Source: Octopus sinensis (Eukaryota). From it: a stretch of DNA of 50,511 nucleotides. Positions 47,733-50,511 of this stretch are shown here, piece by piece (position 1 is the stretch's first letter; every line of letters starts with the position of its first letter). The DNA is taken from assembly GCF_006345805.1 (NCBI RefSeq), contig NW_021834203.1, positions 1 to 50,511 on the forward strand, read 5' to 3'. The position numbers were made by a program, and so were the translations under genes. Under the pieces are notes generated by a model. The model was not told where the DNA came from. It did no database searches and saw only the letters and a program-made list of their open reading frames with translations.

Positions 47733-49190
47733 TTAAACATCTAAACTTTTACACTCAAAAATCTCCTTTGGACGATATTCATACCCACGATAAAAGGGGT
47801 AAATAAAATAAACAAACAAATTACATTTCCCGCCAAAATACATCATTTTCCCGCCATTTCTTTTCCCCAGCACATTAAAACCAGTAAAAAATTGCACAAA
47901 TTCCAAAACAAAAGCCCAGACAGACAGCCAAAGAAAAGTCAGACACAAATTCCCAACAATGCAATCAACCAATGACTTTTCAAAACCACTCAACCATGAA
48001 ATTGCCGGAAACATCAAAGACAATGCCGCTTTGATCCCATGGTTTCCAAATCCACGAGAAAATCGATAAAAAAATGAAGTGGCAGACATGAAAGTGAAAA
48101 GGATGAAGGAAAATAGAAAGAACATGAAGAACTGAGGTTTGTTTCCCAGTCCATTGCACTTCCCAATGACAAAACTGTGATATCCTTGAGAAATGATACA
48201 TTTTTTGCACAAAAAACAATGTGTGGAGTCCACAGGGACTTGTTTGCTGCAAACATAACAATATTTAGTTTTGACCCATGTGGGAACATTAAGATTAGAG
48301 TTGTTAAATAGAGATATAGAGAGACCGTTGAGAAGACATTCCACAAAGAGAAATATCAGGACTAGTGAGAGGACAGTCCCATTCCCGATGGCAGGAAGGA
48401 CAGTATAAAATTGATGAAATATGCATATGAGTGTACAAAAAATAAATAAAATTCCTATTTTTTTAATTAGACATGATTAAGACCAATATTAGGGGAGTCA
48501 TGGGAGAAGCAGAGAAATGACATACAAGAACTTATAAATTAAATATTTATTATTTTATTAGATTTGATATAATATGAATATATTTAAAGAAAACGAATCA
48601 TATTAAATTGCATGTTCTATACATAAAATTTATAAACTAAAATTTATTTTATTAAAATTTAAATTTTCTTTATCGTGATTTACAGTTTTCTTTTTGGATC
48701 ATTTTTTGTTTATCCAACTGATATTTTTATTTAAAGTTCGATTTCTGTTATATTTAATAAATTCGCGTTGAAATTTTTTGTATCCAGTGTTTTCCAATAG
48801 TTAAAATCTTATTCTTTCTCAGAAGAAATATTCACATAAAAATTATCGCAGTTATCTTATAAATATATTTCATTTGGATTAATGAGTGTAAAGAAAATAA
48901 ACAAGATTCCTATTATTTTAATTCAACATGATTGGGACTAATATTAGGAGAGTCATATGAGGAGCAAAAAATGGCATACAAAAACTTATAAATTAAATAT
49001 TCATTATTGGATCCAATTAGGAAGACACATAAAAGCAGGGATTTCAAACAATCGATTTCTGGACAGTAAATCCGCCTATAAGTAAAAATAAAATAACAAA
49101 CAAGAATGACTTATATTTCTTGTGTTGGTTCCTATGATTGACAACATTGAGACAAAATATAAAATATAGTTTGACGATAATCTCCCCCAT
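47733..49190 (-). CDS. DHHC-like gene copy 2
   Basis: Identical 203-aa ORF translation. Confidence 0.75.
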
Positions 49191-50511
49191 GGGATGAAAG
49201 TATGTCGAACTCTTAGAATAACAAAATTTTTAAATGACGAATAAATATATAATTAGAGAACAACTATTAAAAAAAAGAGCTTCCAGTGTGACAGGACATT
49301 TTGAGATATTCAAATTAACAAGAAATGAATAATTTTTATGGATTACATCAAGCCTCCAGAAATATTCATTGTTGATAATGTAACGTAAAAATGACTAAAT
49401 TTATCTTTTTACATAGAAAATCACAATTCTGAATTTCGAATTTGAGAAGTTTGTAAAATTGGTGTTGTTTGAAGGTCTTTCAAATTCGATTAATAAAGAA
49501 TCATTACTATTACTACCGTAATCAATAGAAAAGTCTTATTTTACTATTTAGCAAAATGTTTTTCTTAAGCAGTTTATTCTGTTTGAGATAAAACCATAGT
49601 CAAAATATGCAGCTTGCGATTACGTACTACAACACCGAAATTCAACTGCGAATTTTTTAGCGACGTTAATATACAGTGTGTATTATACACTATTGTATCT
49701 AGATTTTTCCCATTCCAAAAAATCAGTTAAATCAATCTTATAAATCAGTGTATGTTATATAAAAGTCATTTCCTGTGTGATGACATGAGATAAACTGATC
49801 AGTAAATAACACAAGGGGTATAGTTAGGTGTAGATAAGTCTCTACATGCTTATATCCAATCAACTGTTCTTAAAAGAACTTTGAAAATTATCTTATTTAA
49901 TAATTGCGGATCTAGTCCTTTCCTGACATTTAGTCAGCAAAAAACACCTTCTCGAAAGTCTACAGAATCAGAGAAGAAGAGCGAGAAAGAAAGGAGGTGT
50001 ATGGAGTGGCGCCCTCTGCTTTCTCCAAGACTTTAACTTTGATAAATATACAGTTAGTATCGGAATATTATCTATCCTGTTTATATTATAGCTACATTAT
50101 AGTGACGTATGCTCCACAAATGTTAGTTGATATCCCATGAATTTTTTTAATGTTAAAAGTTTCCTGTCCTTTCTTTTCGAGCATTTAGTATTCTCCAACA
50201 AACCAGCCGTGCAAATGTTAGAAATTGCAGTAAATCTAGATCTAAATACAGGGGGATCCTCTTTCTGTGAGAAACGTAATTATATAATTTAGCCTAGATG
50301 GATCTGCAAAATTCCAGAAGACGAAGAAAATTTCATCTATATATTCATTCAATAAATAAAAATCTTACAAAATTGGGAAATATATTTAAATTAGTTAAAT
50401 CATTATTTTTAATACAAATCTCACTTTAAAAATTGATCACAAAACAATTCTAGCATCTAATTTTGTTTTATTTAATTTATTATTAAATTAAAAAAATGAT
50501 TTTTTGTTTTC

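Larger units (their letters stand above)
39351..50511. repeat. Segmental/tandem duplication, copy 2 (right end cut by window)
   Basis: Near-identical to 1-11220 with clustered SNPs and indels. Confidence 0.98.

Overview
This is AT-rich eukaryotic nuclear DNA, not prokaryotic. Host genes are cut by ultrashort (23-33 nt) GT-AG introns, so the six-frame ORF track fragments them. Bases 1-~11220 are repeated at ~39351-50511 (offset 39350 falling to 39291), and both copies run off the window ends. The repeated block holds a dense minus-strand gene cluster: a DHHC-like gene with a dead-looking active site, then LIPT2/lipB, then an RGS22 homologue, then an unidentified gene. A DCN1-like gene follows on the + strand (11247-12106). 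From ~12.2 to ~39.4 kb there is almost only transposon debris and tandem repeats: R4-like, CRE-like and RTE non-LTR elements, Ty3/gypsy remnants, several hAT families, Tc1/IS630 and pogo remnants, an intron-containing Ginger-like DD35E integrase, and two Helitron-like elements each carrying a ~95-bp satellite array. The most notable observations are five. (1) The lipB stop lies 30 nt from the modelled RGS22 start, with an operon/trans-splice-like layout. (2) A transposase carries four host-sized micro-introns. (3) Helitron-like elements appear to seed locally homogenised satellites. (4) An endonuclease-only RTE insertion has a 15-bp TSD and an intact open frame. (5) A CGGBP-type hAT-like transposase sits inside TA-flanked CAGT TIRs. 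All family assignments come from manual translation and remembered motifs; no database searches were run. Remnant boundaries are approximate.
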